Of a DNA stretch of 64,000 nucleotides, positions 51,199 to 61,998 are shown piece by piece. The translations under genes and the position numbers were made by a program. The notes under the pieces were generated by a model. It saw only the letters and a list, made by a program, of their open reading frames with translations. It had not been told where the DNA came from and did not search any database. This DNA is from Dehalococcoidia bacterium (GTDB lineage: Bacteria; Chloroflexota; Dehalococcoidia; Lucifugimonadales; VXLM01). The DNA is taken from positions 2,264,507 to 2,328,506 of the forward strand of contig OY759598.1 of assembly GCA_963662435.1 (NCBI GenBank). Direction: 5' to 3'. Every line of letters starts with the position of its first letter. Position 1 is the first letter of the stretch.

Positions 51199-54100
51199 TT
51201 AAATCCAGTGCCGCCTGCGCTGGAAGGGGTAGGTTGGGAGCGCGATGCGACGCCGGGCTTCTCCGACGAACAGACCTGAAAACGAGATGTCCAGCCCAGC
51301 GTCGTAGGCACTGGCTACGGCTCTCACGAATCCTTCGTCGGACGCGGACGATTCCTCATCGCCTGACGGAATCGCTAGAGTGGAAATCGCGACCGGCTTC
51401 TCTGAAGAATCCGGCCACGCGTCGCATATGGTCCGAGCCATCATGGAATCGAGTCCAATTCCCACGACTGCATCCACTCCGAGGTGGGCAAGTGCCACTG
51501 CGCATCTGGAAGGCGAGGCAGTTCCCCGGTCATTCTCAAGCCAGCAGGCGATATCGAGTGCGTCGGAAGACTCCACCAAATGACCGGTTTCACTATTGAT
51601 AAGAGGCAGAGATGGAGCGACGACTCTGACGTCGTCAAACATCATTTGCAGGCTCTCACGCGCGGCTTGTCCGTTTGTCTCGAGTCGCGTCTTCTTCAGG
51701 TCGCCCAGAGCTATCGCTAGACGCAAGCCGTCCTCTAGGCTGAATACACCTGATGCCTGCGCCGCCGCAAGCCCTCCCGTTCCGTGTCCCGCAACAACGC
51801 TGGGGTGTATGCCTACGCTCGCCCACTGCGTAGTCAGGGCACATCCAAGAGCGTAGATGGCCGGCTCGGCCCATGCAGAATCATTCAGGTCGTGCCCGAT
51901 TCCGGAGCCACCAAACATCACATCGAGCAACGATACCCCTCGATCCTGCTGAATCAGGTCGTCGCATCTGTCCAGCACTGCCCTCGCCACCGGCTCGCTC
52001 AGATAGAGCGCCTCTCCCATGCCGACCTGCAAGTTGCCTTCCCCTGTGTAAACGAACGCAACCTTGGTTGACTTGTGAGGTGAGTCCTCACCGAACTCCT
52101 CGGTTGTGTCGGCCAGCACGCGGAGTTTGTGCCGAAGCTGCTTGGCATCGCTGAAGACCAGACCGGAGCGATACGGGAAGTGACTCCGGCCCACAGCGGC
52201 GGTCCAGACCATATCGGATAGAGTCGCATTGGAGGCGGAGCCTTCTTCGCCGCCGAGCCACGAGAGATAGCGCTTCGCCAATTCCCGGAGCGCACCTTCC
52301 GACTTGCCGGAAAGCGGCAACAGGCGAATTGTACGGTCTGCCGGGGGTTCGCTGGGTATCTCGATGTCATCGGGCTGTTCAGCGGGCGATACAGGTATCG
52401 GTTGGGGAGCGCCTTTAGGCAGTTCTGAATCGGTGATTTCCGATGGATCGCCCGAAGGGCAGTCGTAGCCTTCGACCAAGACGTGCGCATTCGCACCGGA
52501 GAGGCCGAACGCATTTACTCCCGCTAGAGGGCGGCGACCAGAAACTGCCGGCCAGTCCGTGGCTTCGGAAGCAACCCGCACCGGAATTCGGTCCCATTCA
52601 ACGTTTTCGTTCGGGTCCTTGTACTGAAGATTCGGCGGTATCACTCCCTTGTTCATCGAAAGGACGGCCTTGATGAATGAAGCGATCCCGGCCGCCCATT
52701 CCAAGTGACCGATGTTCGACTTGACCGTTCCGACGAGCAGTGGGCGTTCACCGTCTCGTCCCTTGCCGTAGACCGACGCCGCCGCATTCAACTCGATTGG
52801 GTCACCGAGCTGAGAGCCGGTGGCATGCGCTTCCAGGTAGTCGACATCCGAAGGAGCAACACCGGCCTGAGTGAGGGCGTCCTGCATCGCGCGCTCCTGG
52901 GATGGGCCGTTCGGCACAGTGAGTCCTGCACTCGCTCCGTTCTGATTGACCGCGGACCCTCGTATTACAGCCCAGATGCGGTCACCGTTAGCCTCGGCGT
53001 CACTCAATCGTTTGAGCACTACCACTCCACAGCCTTCCCCACGGACGTATCCGTCGGCGGAGGAGTCGAAGGGGCGACAGTGTCCCGATGGCGACAACAT
53101 GCCGATTTCCATCATGAATTCGGACACCGAAGGGGAAAGGACCACGTTAACTCCACCGGCAATTGCGAGGTCCACTTCGCCAGTCTGCAGACCCACCGCA
53201 GCCTGGTGTACGGCGGCCAACGAAGAGGCGCAGGCCAGATCGACGGGCATCGCGGGACCCTCCAGACCAAGCGCGAAAGCAATGCGTCCAGCCGCCACGC
53301 TGCCCGTCGTACCGAGGTAGCCAAATTGGACATTTGCGGCTTCAAGCAGATCCCTGTATTCACTTGGACCAACTCCCGCATACACGCCCGTTCGGCTTCC
53401 TCTCAGCCCCTCCGGATCCACTCCGGCGTCCTCGAGAGCCTCCCAACTCGTCTCGAGCAACATCCTTTGCTGAGGGTCTACCGTCCGGGCCTCAATAGGC
53501 GAAATGCGGAAGAACCTTGAGTCGAACCAGTCGATATCATCGACAAACGCGCCTCGTTGACGCACTATGTCCTCGGCATCAGGGTTCCCGGTGGCGCCGT
53601 CCCAGGTGCCGGAGTCCTGACGTCCCTCCGTAATGGCAACGGAACCCTTTGCCAGAAGTTCCCAGTATGACGCCAGATCACTTGCGCCGGGGAAGCGGCA
53701 GGCCATACCTACGACCGCGATAGCGTCTTCCCTGGACTCTACCGTCCTCGGTGGCTGCGTGAATGCGGTTTCTTCTTGGGCCACCGGAACGTCGGCGCTC
53801 AGGGCCTCCGCCAGTTGCTCTGCCAGATGGGTCGCCAGGGATTCCACGTTGGGATAGTCAAATACTGCAGTGTTGGAGACCACATATTCACCCGCAAGGG
53901 ACCTGTTCGAACGGTTCCGCAACTCCACCGCCATCAGTGAGTCCATTCCCAAGTCGAAAAATCCCACGTTGGCCGCGGGAGAGTTGGGCAGGCGCAGCAC
54001 CGCTTGAACCTCTCCCTGAAGGAATGACGACAGCAACGGCTCCCAATCCGTGACAGGCAACTGCCGCATCTGGGATAGGAGGTCGAGTGCGGAGCCAGCC

Positions 54101-57100
54101 TCGCCGGAACCGTCCGCATCAGAGTCGTCGGATGCCAATTCCTCCAGGAAAGGGGGCCTCGCTTCAAAATTCTCGGCGAGCACCGGCCAGTCGACCGCCG
54201 CAACCATCCCAGTCGTGATGTCCCGGCGGACCAGCTCATCGAAGGCATTGAGACCCTGCTGAGGACTAATCCAGTCGGTGCCGGACTCAGCAAGCTGCCG
54301 CTCGATTCGTTCGCGCTGCTCCTCGGCCTCGCCAAGTCCCGACCAAGCTCCCCACGCTATGGACTGGCCCGGCAGCCCAAGGGAACGGCGGTAACCTGCC
54401 AGCTGGTCCAAGAAGGCGTTGGCGGCGGCATGGTTGCCCTGTCCCGAATTACCCACGACGCCGGTTATGCTTGAAAAGAGGACGAATAGGTCCAGATCTT
54501 GATCGAGTGTCGCCTTGTGCAAATGCCAAGCGCCGAGTACCTTGGGCCACAGCACCTGTTCAAACCGCTCCCACGTCTGGTTTCCGAGAGAGCCATCGGA
54601 AAGCACGCCGACGCTGTGAATCACCCCGGCCAGGGGAGGAAGATCGTCGTTCATTCTGGCGAGCATGCCGTCTATCGCTGCCGGGTCAGTCATGTCCGCC
54701 AACTCGACCCGAACGTCGGCGCCCTGTCTTCTCAGGGCTTCGATTGCTTCAACGGCATCGGCATCAGGTGCGCGTCGGCCGTTCAGCACGATCACGCCCG
54801 CGCCCCGGTCGGCCAGCCAGCCGGCTACGAGGGTCCCGATTCCTCCCATCCCGCCGGTAACCAAGTAGGTCCTATTCGCCCTAAGCTGTCCCCCTACCAG
54901 GGGTGGCATCGCGATCACGTTCTTGCCGATATGACGCGCGGACCTCATGAAATCCATAGCCGCGCCAATTTCGGCCATCGGCCACCGCGTGTAGACCAGT
55001 GGTTCCAGCTCACCAGCTTCAAAACGCTCCATCACCCTCCGTAGGGACGCTCCCGCCGTGACGGGGTCTTGTCGCTTAAGGGCATCGACTTCCAGCACCG
55101 AATAGGCAACATCGGGCCGGGCAGCTGCCATCTCCTCCGCGCTCCAGATGTCGCGCCGGCCCATTTCGACAAATCTGCCGCCCTGAGCCAGGCATGAGAG
55201 GCTGGCCTCAATGAATCCGGCTCCCGTGAGGCTGTTCAACACCACATCGACGCCCGCTCCATCAGTGGCATCGAGAATCTCCTTCCCGAAATCGGTGCTC
55301 CGGCTGTCGCATACATGAGAGATTCCGAGGGACCTAAGATAAGCCTGTTTGGCGACGCTTGCTGTAGCGAAAACTTCGGCGCCGGCGGCCTGAACCAGCT
55401 GTATGGCCGCGAGTCCCACACCGCCAGAGGCGGTATGAATCAAGACGCGGTCTCCCGTCTTTAGGCCGGACATCTGGAAGCCCAGTTCCGCCGAAACGAA
55501 CGACGTGGGCATCGTCGCCAGTGCTGCCGCGGGCATTTCCGAGGGTGCCGGTGCAACCATCTCCGCCTTGGTTACCAAGTCCGGACGGAATGTTCCAATT
55601 CCCAGTCCCACCACACGATCACCAACGCCGAACTCGGAAACGTCGGGCGCAACTTCCGTAATTCGGCCGCAAAACTCGTCGCCCAGCATCGGCTCCATTT
55701 CGACGGCGCCCACGCTTATGAGGACGTCGGAGAAGTTGAGCCCAACCGCTTCCACCGCCACCCTGACTTCGCCACTCTGCAAGGGCTGCGGGGAGGCTGC
55801 TTCGGCGTGCAAGCCTTCCAGGCCCTCTCCCGTGGTGGGGACAAGCCGCCAGTCCGGTCCTTCCGGCAAGGCGAAGCGAGTCCTACCATGACTCATCTCT
55901 ACTAGACGTGCAGCCATACGCTGGCCGGACCGATAGGCGATGTGAGTTTCCGCATCGGGGAACATGAGTTCGTTGACCAGAATGTCAACTTGCGTAGGCG
56001 TGTCCGGGTCGAGATCGATCATGCTGGGTTGGAAATAGCCCGCCTCGCGAGCAATAGCCTTTCCAAATCCCCAAAGAGTGGCGCCTGCCAGTTCCCCGAC
56101 CCCCTTGCGCATGTAGTCGCGCTCCAGCGCTTGGGCTCCCTCGGTAAGGAACCAGAGACCCTTAGCCGGGGTAAGCCCGGAGTCCTGCAGGGCCTGCACT
56201 AACGCAAGCGCGCCTGCCCCCGCCTTCGTGGCGTCTTCGGCCATCTGCCGCGTCGTCGCCGTCGTTCCACGACCTTCCAGCGATGAGCAGTGAACGACTC
56301 CCTGAAGGGGAATCTCCGCAGGCAGTCCTTCCAGAAGTTCTCTCCATGACTCTCTGCGTTCCGCATCAACCGACATGGGGTAGACACCCGAACCGTTTGG
56401 CGCCAAATTGCCATTTTGCGAGTCGCCGGCAACGATGACCGTCTGGTCTTGCGCCTCCAGGGCGGCCGCCAATCCTCCCGCCGCGTTCTCATCGTCAGTC
56501 GCCAACACCCAGACACCGCCGGGCATTGTTACTTCCGCCGGCCCCTGGCCGAGGATGACGCCGGATCCCAATGGGCCTTCATCGCCATGGCATTCCCCGC
56601 CCAAGACGGCCGAGTCCACATATCCGTTGTCAGATAGCGCTCGGCGCCACACCTCGGGGGAGGCGATAGCGTGGTTTGGTCGATAAACGTCGGAGTAGCG
56701 CCACCAGCCGTCCAGCTGTCCGAAGGTCATATCCTGCCAGCCGCGGCCTCTCAGGCTCTCCACGGCAAGTAACTGACCTGACGGCGCCAGGAGATTCCGG
56801 CAATTGGTGAGAGTCTCTTCCAGGTTTCGAGTGGCGTGCAGTACGTTGACGGCTATGACCAAGTCGTAGGAGTGCAGCTCAAAACCCTGCTCGGCCGGGT
56901 CTTGCTCGATATCCAGCGGACGGTACTCTATCGGCGCTCCTGAATCGCTGAAGCGATTCTCGGCCTCGGCGAAGAATCCTGCCGAGATATCGGTGAACAC
57001 ATAGTCAAAGTCACCGTCCGGAAGTTCCGGCAAAACGACGGAAGTTCCGGAGCCGGTGCCCGCACCCACTTCCACGATGCGCAGGCGGCGTCCTGCCGGC

Positions 57101-60100
57101 CAGTTGGCTACGGTGGCAGCCACTGCTTCCGCCAACATCCGGTTCGAGGCCCGTGACGCCGGGGCCGTGAAGTAGAAGTCGGCGGCGCCGGGCCCTTCCC
57201 TGGGGAACAGAATGGACAGGGGATCCACCTCGCCGCGCAACACTTCGGCCAATGCTGCGCCACTCCTTCTGAGCAGTCCCAATTCGTTGGAGCCGTGGGG
57301 ATGTAATTTCAGCATCCTATCGGCAAAGGCCTCCGGGTCGATCAGGGCGTCGTCCGGCAGTGGGTCTCCGGCTCCTACCGTTACGCTGTAACTGCCATTG
57401 GGTGCACGGCTCAGCACTCCGGCATCCGCCAACAGGCGGAGCATTCTCTCCAGCAGGCGCGAGTGTTCGGGGATAACCTGCAGCCTTTCCCGCAGGACTT
57501 CCGGGGCGATGGTGGACCCCTTTTCACGCTGCCATCCCAACCGCTCCAGGGCTGACAGGGAAAATGATCGCGACAACCGCTCCAAATCGTTGAGAAGGGC
57601 CGCACGATCTCTGACTTCGACTCCTTCTTCGGAAAGATACTCAGCGAACGTGTCCGTACCGGACGCAACCGTCGACGGATCGGTGAGGTGCTCGGCGGAA
57701 TGCAGCCCACCTTCAAGGGGACGCTCGCGCCAAACTACCTCGTAAAGTAGGTCATCAAGCGTCTCGGTGGACGACAGGAGCGCGGCCCTCGTGGCCCTCT
57801 TCAAGGCGAATCCGCTTAGTTCGCCGAGGACATCACCATCGAGGGAATACAGCCACATATCGCCGGTCAAGGTCTCGGGAGTCGAGATGGCTGCTTCTTC
57901 CTCGTCACCTGTCTGAACGACCTCCCGTAGACGCGCGCGGCAGACCAGCCGATCAGGCAGCGGCCCGTCAAGTCTCAGTTGTTGCCATCCGAATGGCAGA
58001 TAGGTGGCATCGCCTCCGATGTCCGAGAGGTTCCGGGTGGCGGACAATACCTGGAAGCAACCGTCCAAAAGCAGTGGATGGATTCCAGTGTCCACGTTGT
58101 CTCCGGTGTTGCGAATCACGATTTCGCCGACCGCCTCGCCGCTCTCTCCCCAGAGAGCCTCGAGGGTGCGAAAGGACGGACCAAACTCGATTCCGGCTGA
58201 GGTCTTCGATCGATAGTAGGCAGACACGTCCTGCTGGGCGAGAGACGTCTTCAGGGCATCGAGGTCTACACGTTCGCCGATACCCGGCTGCCCAACGGCA
58301 GGCGAGAGACGGCCCTCCGCGTGAAGAATCCAATCCTCGTCACCCTCTCCCTTGCTGAAGACCTCGAATGTACGAGAATCACCATCCTTAGGGGCGTCGA
58401 CAACCAACTGCATGCGACGACCCGGCTCCTCCGAGTCACTGTCGGCATCATGGGCTGGATAGACGAGGGGGTTATGGAGCTGGAGTTCTTCGACAACAGT
58501 GCTGGCGGCGCCCTCAGTCAGTGGCACCGTTGCGGCCATGGCGCCATAGACCGCTCCGGGCATGACGACCCTGCCGAAGACCTGGTGCTCATCAAGCCAG
58601 GACGGGTCGGTGGGGTACATCTCCGTTTTGTACATCACTTCGCCACGGGGAGACTCGTGCTTTTCGCCCAGGAGGGGATGGGCGTCTCCGGATCTCTGCC
58701 TCTGGCTGCCCTCTACCCAGTACCTCCGTCTCTGGAAGGGATATCCCGGTACGGAGATGCGCCGCCGTTCCTCTCCGGCGAACTGTCCGGTAAAGTCCAC
58801 GGGCAACCCGGCCTTGTAAGCACCGGCCACGGCATAGACGAACGCGTCGGCCCTCTCGGGTTCGGAGCCGTCGAAGGACGGGCGGAGCAGACTCTGCAAT
58901 ACGATGGGAGACTCGACATTGCCTTTGCCCGACGGCCAGTTCAATGACACCAGTGGCCCTAAAATTGCGTGGGGACCGATCTCGATCACGGCATCCACTC
59001 CCGTTTCCGCTAGGGTCTCGACACAGCCGCGGAAAGCGACAGGCCGCCTGGCGTGCCGACGCCAATACGCGCCGTCCATCGGCGCTGAAACCGGTCGGCC
59101 TTCGATGTTGCTTATGAGCGGGACGGAGGGGGCGGAGACCGTAAGGTCGGAGAAAATCGCTTCCAAGTCGTCGAGACCCGGTTCGACCAAGGCACTGTGG
59201 TAGGCAGGGCTGGGCCGGAGACGTCTAACGTTGGCTCCTGCCGACTCAAGGTCGTCGGTAAGGGTATGGACGGCATCAATCGGGCCGCTGATTACCTGAT
59301 GGGTCCCATTGTCCACTCCTATGCACAGCAATGCATCGGGGTGGGCCTTGTTCCACTCGTCTATTGCGAGGGCGACCTCCGACTCAGGAGCGAATATGGC
59401 AGCCATAGCCCCGTCACCGGGAAGGTCTCCCATGATCCGGCCCCTGGCGGAGGCGAAGCGTAGGCCGTCTTCCAGGGTAAGGACGCCTGCGGAATAGGCG
59501 GCAGCTATCTCGCCCAAGCTGTGACCCAGGACGACATCGGGTTGAATGCCCACGCCGGACCAGAGTTCAGCGAGTCCGCACTCCAGAGCGTATATGGCCG
59601 GCTGAGTCCAGCGAGGTTCATCCAAGGCCCCGTCTGCGCCGGACCGACCGAACATAACATCGAGCAGGGATGAGCCTCGCTCCTCCCGAATAAGTCGATC
59701 GCATCGGTCGAGAATGGCGCGGAATACCGGTTCCGTACGGTAGAGCATCTCGCCCATGCCCACCCACTGGTTTCCCTGTCCGGTGAAGGCGAAGGCTATT
59801 TTCGAGGCACGTTGGTTGAAGGGTTCGCCAGGAAAATCCCCGATTTGGTTCAAGGTTCCTCGAAGGGACTTCGCGTCTCGAAAGACCACCGCATCGCGCC
59901 GTTCGAACTGGCTGCGCGCAACACTGGCACTCCATGCCAAGTCGGCAAGTTTTGCATCTGCCGCCTTGCCAGTCGCATATTCTTCACCGCTTTGCTGGTC
60001 CAGCCAGGAGAGGTAAGACTTCGCCGCATCACGCAGGGCCGCATCCGACTTGCCCGAAAGGGGCAGGACACGGGCCGGTCGGGTCTCTTCGCTCTCAACG

Positions 60101-61554
60101 GACGAGTCCTCCGGCGAGGTGGACGGGGAAATGTGGATGGGGAGCAACAGTCCTGCCGGTTGCGGCATTCCCGTGCTGTCCACGCGGGGCTGGGATGCGT
60201 CCGGGTAGCCCTCTACGACGACGTGCACGTTGGTCCCGGACCAGCCGTACGAACTGATTCCGGCTCTGGGATTCCGGTGGGAGACCAGCGGCCACTCCGT
60301 GTTTTCGGACGTGACCCTAATCAGCAGACGATCCCAATCTACGTTGGGGGTTGGGTCATTGAAGTGCAAGTGCTTGGGAATAACGCCACGGTGCATGGAG
60401 AGCAGCACCTTCATCAGTCCGGCCACGCCGGCCGCGGGTTCCAGGTGACCTACATTGGTCTTTACCGAGCCTACCAAGAGGGGACTATCAGGTGTTCTCC
60501 CCCGACCGTAGACTTCCGCCGCCGCGTTCAACTCGATGGGATCGCCTACTTGCGTACCGGTTCCGTGCGCTTCCAGGAAGTCAACCTCGTTGGGCGCGAT
60601 GCCGGCCTGGAGTAATGCCTCTTCGATTACGCGCTCCTGGGCAGCGCCGCTCGGTACCGTGAGTCCCGCGCTAGTGCCGTCCTGGTTGACCGCAGAACCC
60701 CGAACAATTCCCCAGATGCGGTCACCATCGGCTTTGGCGTCACTCAATCGTTTCAGTACCACCATGCCGCAGCCCTCTCCTCGAACAAAACCGTTGGCCG
60801 AGGCGTCGAAGGCTTTGCATTGGCCGTCGGGAGACAGCATTCCTGCATTGGCCCTTAGCTGTGTCAATCGACCGAGAAAAATGGCCTGAACTCCACCAAC
60901 CACGATCATGTCCGCTTCGTCTCGCTGTAGGGAGGCCGTTGCCTGGTGGAGGGCAAACAACGAGGAAGAACAGGCCGTGTCCACCGCCATTGCCGGCCCC
61001 TCCAGCCCGAGGGCAAACGCCACGCGTCCGGCAGCTGTGTTGAACGATGTGCCGGCCACGGTATAAAGACTGGCGGCAGGCTCGGTAGGCTGGGTGGCAG
61101 CCAAGCTTACCCCGCGATAGTCGTTGTTGCTGATGCCAAGGTATACGCCGGTGCGGGTCCCCTTGAGGCGGTCCGGGTCTACAAGCGCATCCTCAAGTGC
61201 CTTCCAGCAAATCTCCAGTACCATGCGCTGCTGGGGGTCCAGGAATTGGGCCTCGACGGGCGAAATCCTGAAGAATTCGGCGTCAAACAGGTCAATGTCA
61301 TCCACCAGCGCGGCATACCGGCAGGCCGGGTTTTGGTTAGCGGATTCCGGATAGTACTGACCAATGCGGCCTATGCCGGAACCGGGTATGCCTTCGGTTA
61401 TGGCATTGCCGCCAGACTCAAGAAGCCGCCAGAAAGACGCCAAGTCGGGCGCTCCGGGAAATTTGCACGCCATGCCGACTATGGCAATCGCATCTCCGTT
61501 GGTGGTTCCGTAAGCCGGCTTTCCAGAGTCGCCTACGAAATTCCTTCCAGCCAT
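51199..61554 (-). CDS. supA: Type I PKS/FAS, KS-AT-DH-MT-ER-KR-ACP-KS-AT (SupA-like)
   Basis: KS1 DTACSSS/HGTGT/NVGH; AT1 GHSLG; DH HQVFGRVVMP and LDGCFQ; MT VEVGAGTG; ER IHTASGGVG; KR TGGMGGIG; ACP LGMDSL; KS2 DLACASS/HATGS/NIGH; AT2 GHGTG; no thioesterase. The order matches the published SupA architecture, so the symbol rests on architecture only. Probable start ATG 61554. Confidence 0.9.
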   Translation of the reverse strand: MAGRNFVGDSGKPAYGTTNGDAIAIVGMACKFPGAPDLASFWRLLESGGNAITEGIPGSGIGRIGQYYPESANQNPACRYAALVDDIDLFDAEFFRISPVEAQFLDPQQRMVLEICWKALEDALVDPDRLKGTRTGVYLGISNNDYRGVSLAATQPTEPAASLYTVAGTSFNTAAGRVAFALGLEGPAMAVDTACSSSLFALHQATASLQRDEADMIVVGGVQAIFLGRLTQLRANAGMLSPDGQCKAFDASANGFVRGEGCGMVVLKRLSDAKADGDRIWGIVRGSAVNQDGTSAGLTVPSGAAQERVIEEALLQAGIAPNEVDFLEAHGTGTQVGDPIELNAAAEVYGRGRTPDSPLLVGSVKTNVGHLEPAAGVAGLMKVLLSMHRGVIPKHLHFNDPTPNVDWDRLLIRVTSENTEWPLVSHRNPRAGISSYGWSGTNVHVVVEGYPDASQPRVDSTGMPQPAGLLLPIHISPSTSPEDSSVESEETRPARVLPLSGKSDAALRDAAKSYLSWLDQQSGEEYATGKAADAKLADLAWSASVARSQFERRDAVVFRDAKSLRGTLNQIGDFPGEPFNQRASKIAFAFTGQGNQWVGMGEMLYRTEPVFRAILDRCDRLIREERGSSLLDVMFGRSGADGALDEPRWTQPAIYALECGLAELWSGVGIQPDVVLGHSLGEIAAAYSAGVLTLEDGLRFASARGRIMGDLPGDGAMAAIFAPESEVALAIDEWNKAHPDALLCIGVDNGTHQVISGPIDAVHTLTDDLESAGANVRRLRPSPAYHSALVEPGLDDLEAIFSDLTVSAPSVPLISNIEGRPVSAPMDGAYWRRHARRPVAFRGCVETLAETGVDAVIEIGPHAILGPLVSLNWPSGKGNVESPIVLQSLLRPSFDGSEPERADAFVYAVAGAYKAGLPVDFTGQFAGEERRRISVPGYPFQRRRYWVEGSQRQRSGDAHPLLGEKHESPRGEVMYKTEMYPTDPSWLDEHQVFGRVVMPGAVYGAMAATVPLTEGAASTVVEELQLHNPLVYPAHDADSDSEEPGRRMQLVVDAPKDGDSRTFEVFSKGEGDEDWILHAEGRLSPAVGQPGIGERVDLDALKTSLAQQDVSAYYRSKTSAGIEFGPSFRTLEALWGESGEAVGEIVIRNTGDNVDTGIHPLLLDGCFQVLSATRNLSDIGGDATYLPFGWQQLRLDGPLPDRLVCRARLREVVQTGDEEEAAISTPETLTGDMWLYSLDGDVLGELSGFALKRATRAALLSSTETLDDLLYEVVWRERPLEGGLHSAEHLTDPSTVASGTDTFAEYLSEEGVEVRDRAALLNDLERLSRSFSLSALERLGWQREKGSTIAPEVLRERLQVIPEHSRLLERMLRLLADAGVLSRAPNGSYSVTVGAGDPLPDDALIDPEAFADRMLKLHPHGSNELGLLRRSGAALAEVLRGEVDPLSILFPREGPGAADFYFTAPASRASNRMLAEAVAATVANWPAGRRLRIVEVGAGTGSGTSVVLPELPDGDFDYVFTDISAGFFAEAENRFSDSGAPIEYRPLDIEQDPAEQGFELHSYDLVIAVNVLHATRNLEETLTNCRNLLAPSGQLLAVESLRGRGWQDMTFGQLDGWWRYSDVYRPNHAIASPEVWRRALSDNGYVDSAVLGGECHGDEGPLGSGVILGQGPAEVTMPGGVWVLATDDENAAGGLAAALEAQDQTVIVAGDSQNGNLAPNGSGVYPMSVDAERRESWRELLEGLPAEIPLQGVVHCSSLEGRGTTATTRQMAEDATKAGAGALALVQALQDSGLTPAKGLWFLTEGAQALERDYMRKGVGELAGATLWGFGKAIAREAGYFQPSMIDLDPDTPTQVDILVNELMFPDAETHIAYRSGQRMAARLVEMSHGRTRFALPEGPDWRLVPTTGEGLEGLHAEAASPQPLQSGEVRVAVEAVGLNFSDVLISVGAVEMEPMLGDEFCGRITEVAPDVSEFGVGDRVVGLGIGTFRPDLVTKAEMVAPAPSEMPAAALATMPTSFVSAELGFQMSGLKTGDRVLIHTASGGVGLAAIQLVQAAGAEVFATASVAKQAYLRSLGISHVCDSRSTDFGKEILDATDGAGVDVVLNSLTGAGFIEASLSCLAQGGRFVEMGRRDIWSAEEMAAARPDVAYSVLEVDALKRQDPVTAGASLRRVMERFEAGELEPLVYTRWPMAEIGAAMDFMRSARHIGKNVIAMPPLVGGQLRANRTYLVTGGMGGIGTLVAGWLADRGAGVIVLNGRRAPDADAVEAIEALRRQGADVRVELADMTDPAAIDGMLARMNDDLPPLAGVIHSVGVLSDGSLGNQTWERFEQVLWPKVLGAWHLHKATLDQDLDLFVLFSSITGVVGNSGQGNHAAANAFLDQLAGYRRSLGLPGQSIAWGAWSGLGEAEEQRERIERQLAESGTDWISPQQGLNAFDELVRRDITTGMVAAVDWPVLAENFEARPPFLEELASDDSDADGSGEAGSALDLLSQMRQLPVTDWEPLLSSFLQGEVQAVLRLPNSPAANVGFFDLGMDSLMAVELRNRSNRSLAGEYVVSNTAVFDYPNVESLATHLAEQLAEALSADVPVAQEETAFTQPPRTVESREDAIAVVGMACRFPGASDLASYWELLAKGSVAITEGRQDSGTWDGATGNPDAEDIVRQRGAFVDDIDWFDSRFFRISPIEARTVDPQQRMLLETSWEALEDAGVDPEGLRGSRTGVYAGVGPSEYRDLLEAANVQFGYLGTTGSVAAGRIAFALGLEGPAMPVDLACASSLAAVHQAAVGLQTGEVDLAIAGGVNVVLSPSVSEFMMEIGMLSPSGHCRPFDSSADGYVRGEGCGVVVLKRLSDAEANGDRIWAVIRGSAVNQNGASAGLTVPNGPSQERAMQDALTQAGVAPSDVDYLEAHATGSQLGDPIELNAAASVYGKGRDGERPLLVGTVKSNIGHLEWAAGIASFIKAVLSMNKGVIPPNLQYKDPNENVEWDRIPVRVASEATDWPAVSGRRPLAGVNAFGLSGANAHVLVEGYDCPSGDPSEITDSELPKGAPQPIPVSPAEQPDDIEIPSEPPADRTIRLLPLSGKSEGALRELAKRYLSWLGGEEGSASNATLSDMVWTAAVGRSHFPYRSGLVFSDAKQLRHKLRVLADTTEEFGEDSPHKSTKVAFVYTGEGNLQVGMGEALYLSEPVARAVLDRCDDLIQQDRGVSLLDVMFGGSGIGHDLNDSAWAEPAIYALGCALTTQWASVGIHPSVVAGHGTGGLAAAQASGVFSLEDGLRLAIALGDLKKTRLETNGQAARESLQMMFDDVRVVAPSLPLINSETGHLVESSDALDIACWLENDRGTASPSRCAVALAHLGVDAVVGIGLDSMMARTICDAWPDSSEKPVAISTLAIPSGDEESSASDEGFVRAVASAYDAGLDISFSGLFVGEARRRIALPTYPFQRRRHWI

Positions 61555-61998
61555 AGGACACTTACCTCTAAGGTCAAAATTGTCTACGAAAAAACCTACA
61601 GGCAATTATGGCAAGCGATGACCGATTGGGAAAGCTCTATCGTTCGGAGCAAATGTACCTCTTCCTAGTACACCTCAGTGAAGGGCCTCCTGATGGGTCG
61701 GTCGCCGAAGGGCGAGAAAAAACAGCTTTCCTCCTTCTCCGATTGAGGTGGGAGCTGGTCCTAGGACAGAAGCGGTAGGCGGAACCAGTCAGAGAGGGGC
61801 ACGCTGGACTGTAGCGCTAGGTCCCGCGCACATGGGGGGGGGTACACTTCGACACAATTGAGGCTGGACGAAGCTTGGAGTGGGGGATGATAAGAACGGA
61901 GCGATTATGTACCTATCCGCCAACTATCGCTAGGGAAAGTCCATAATCATGCGCGAAAGGAAAATTGTAACTGGCGTTGGATTACGCACAATTGCAGG

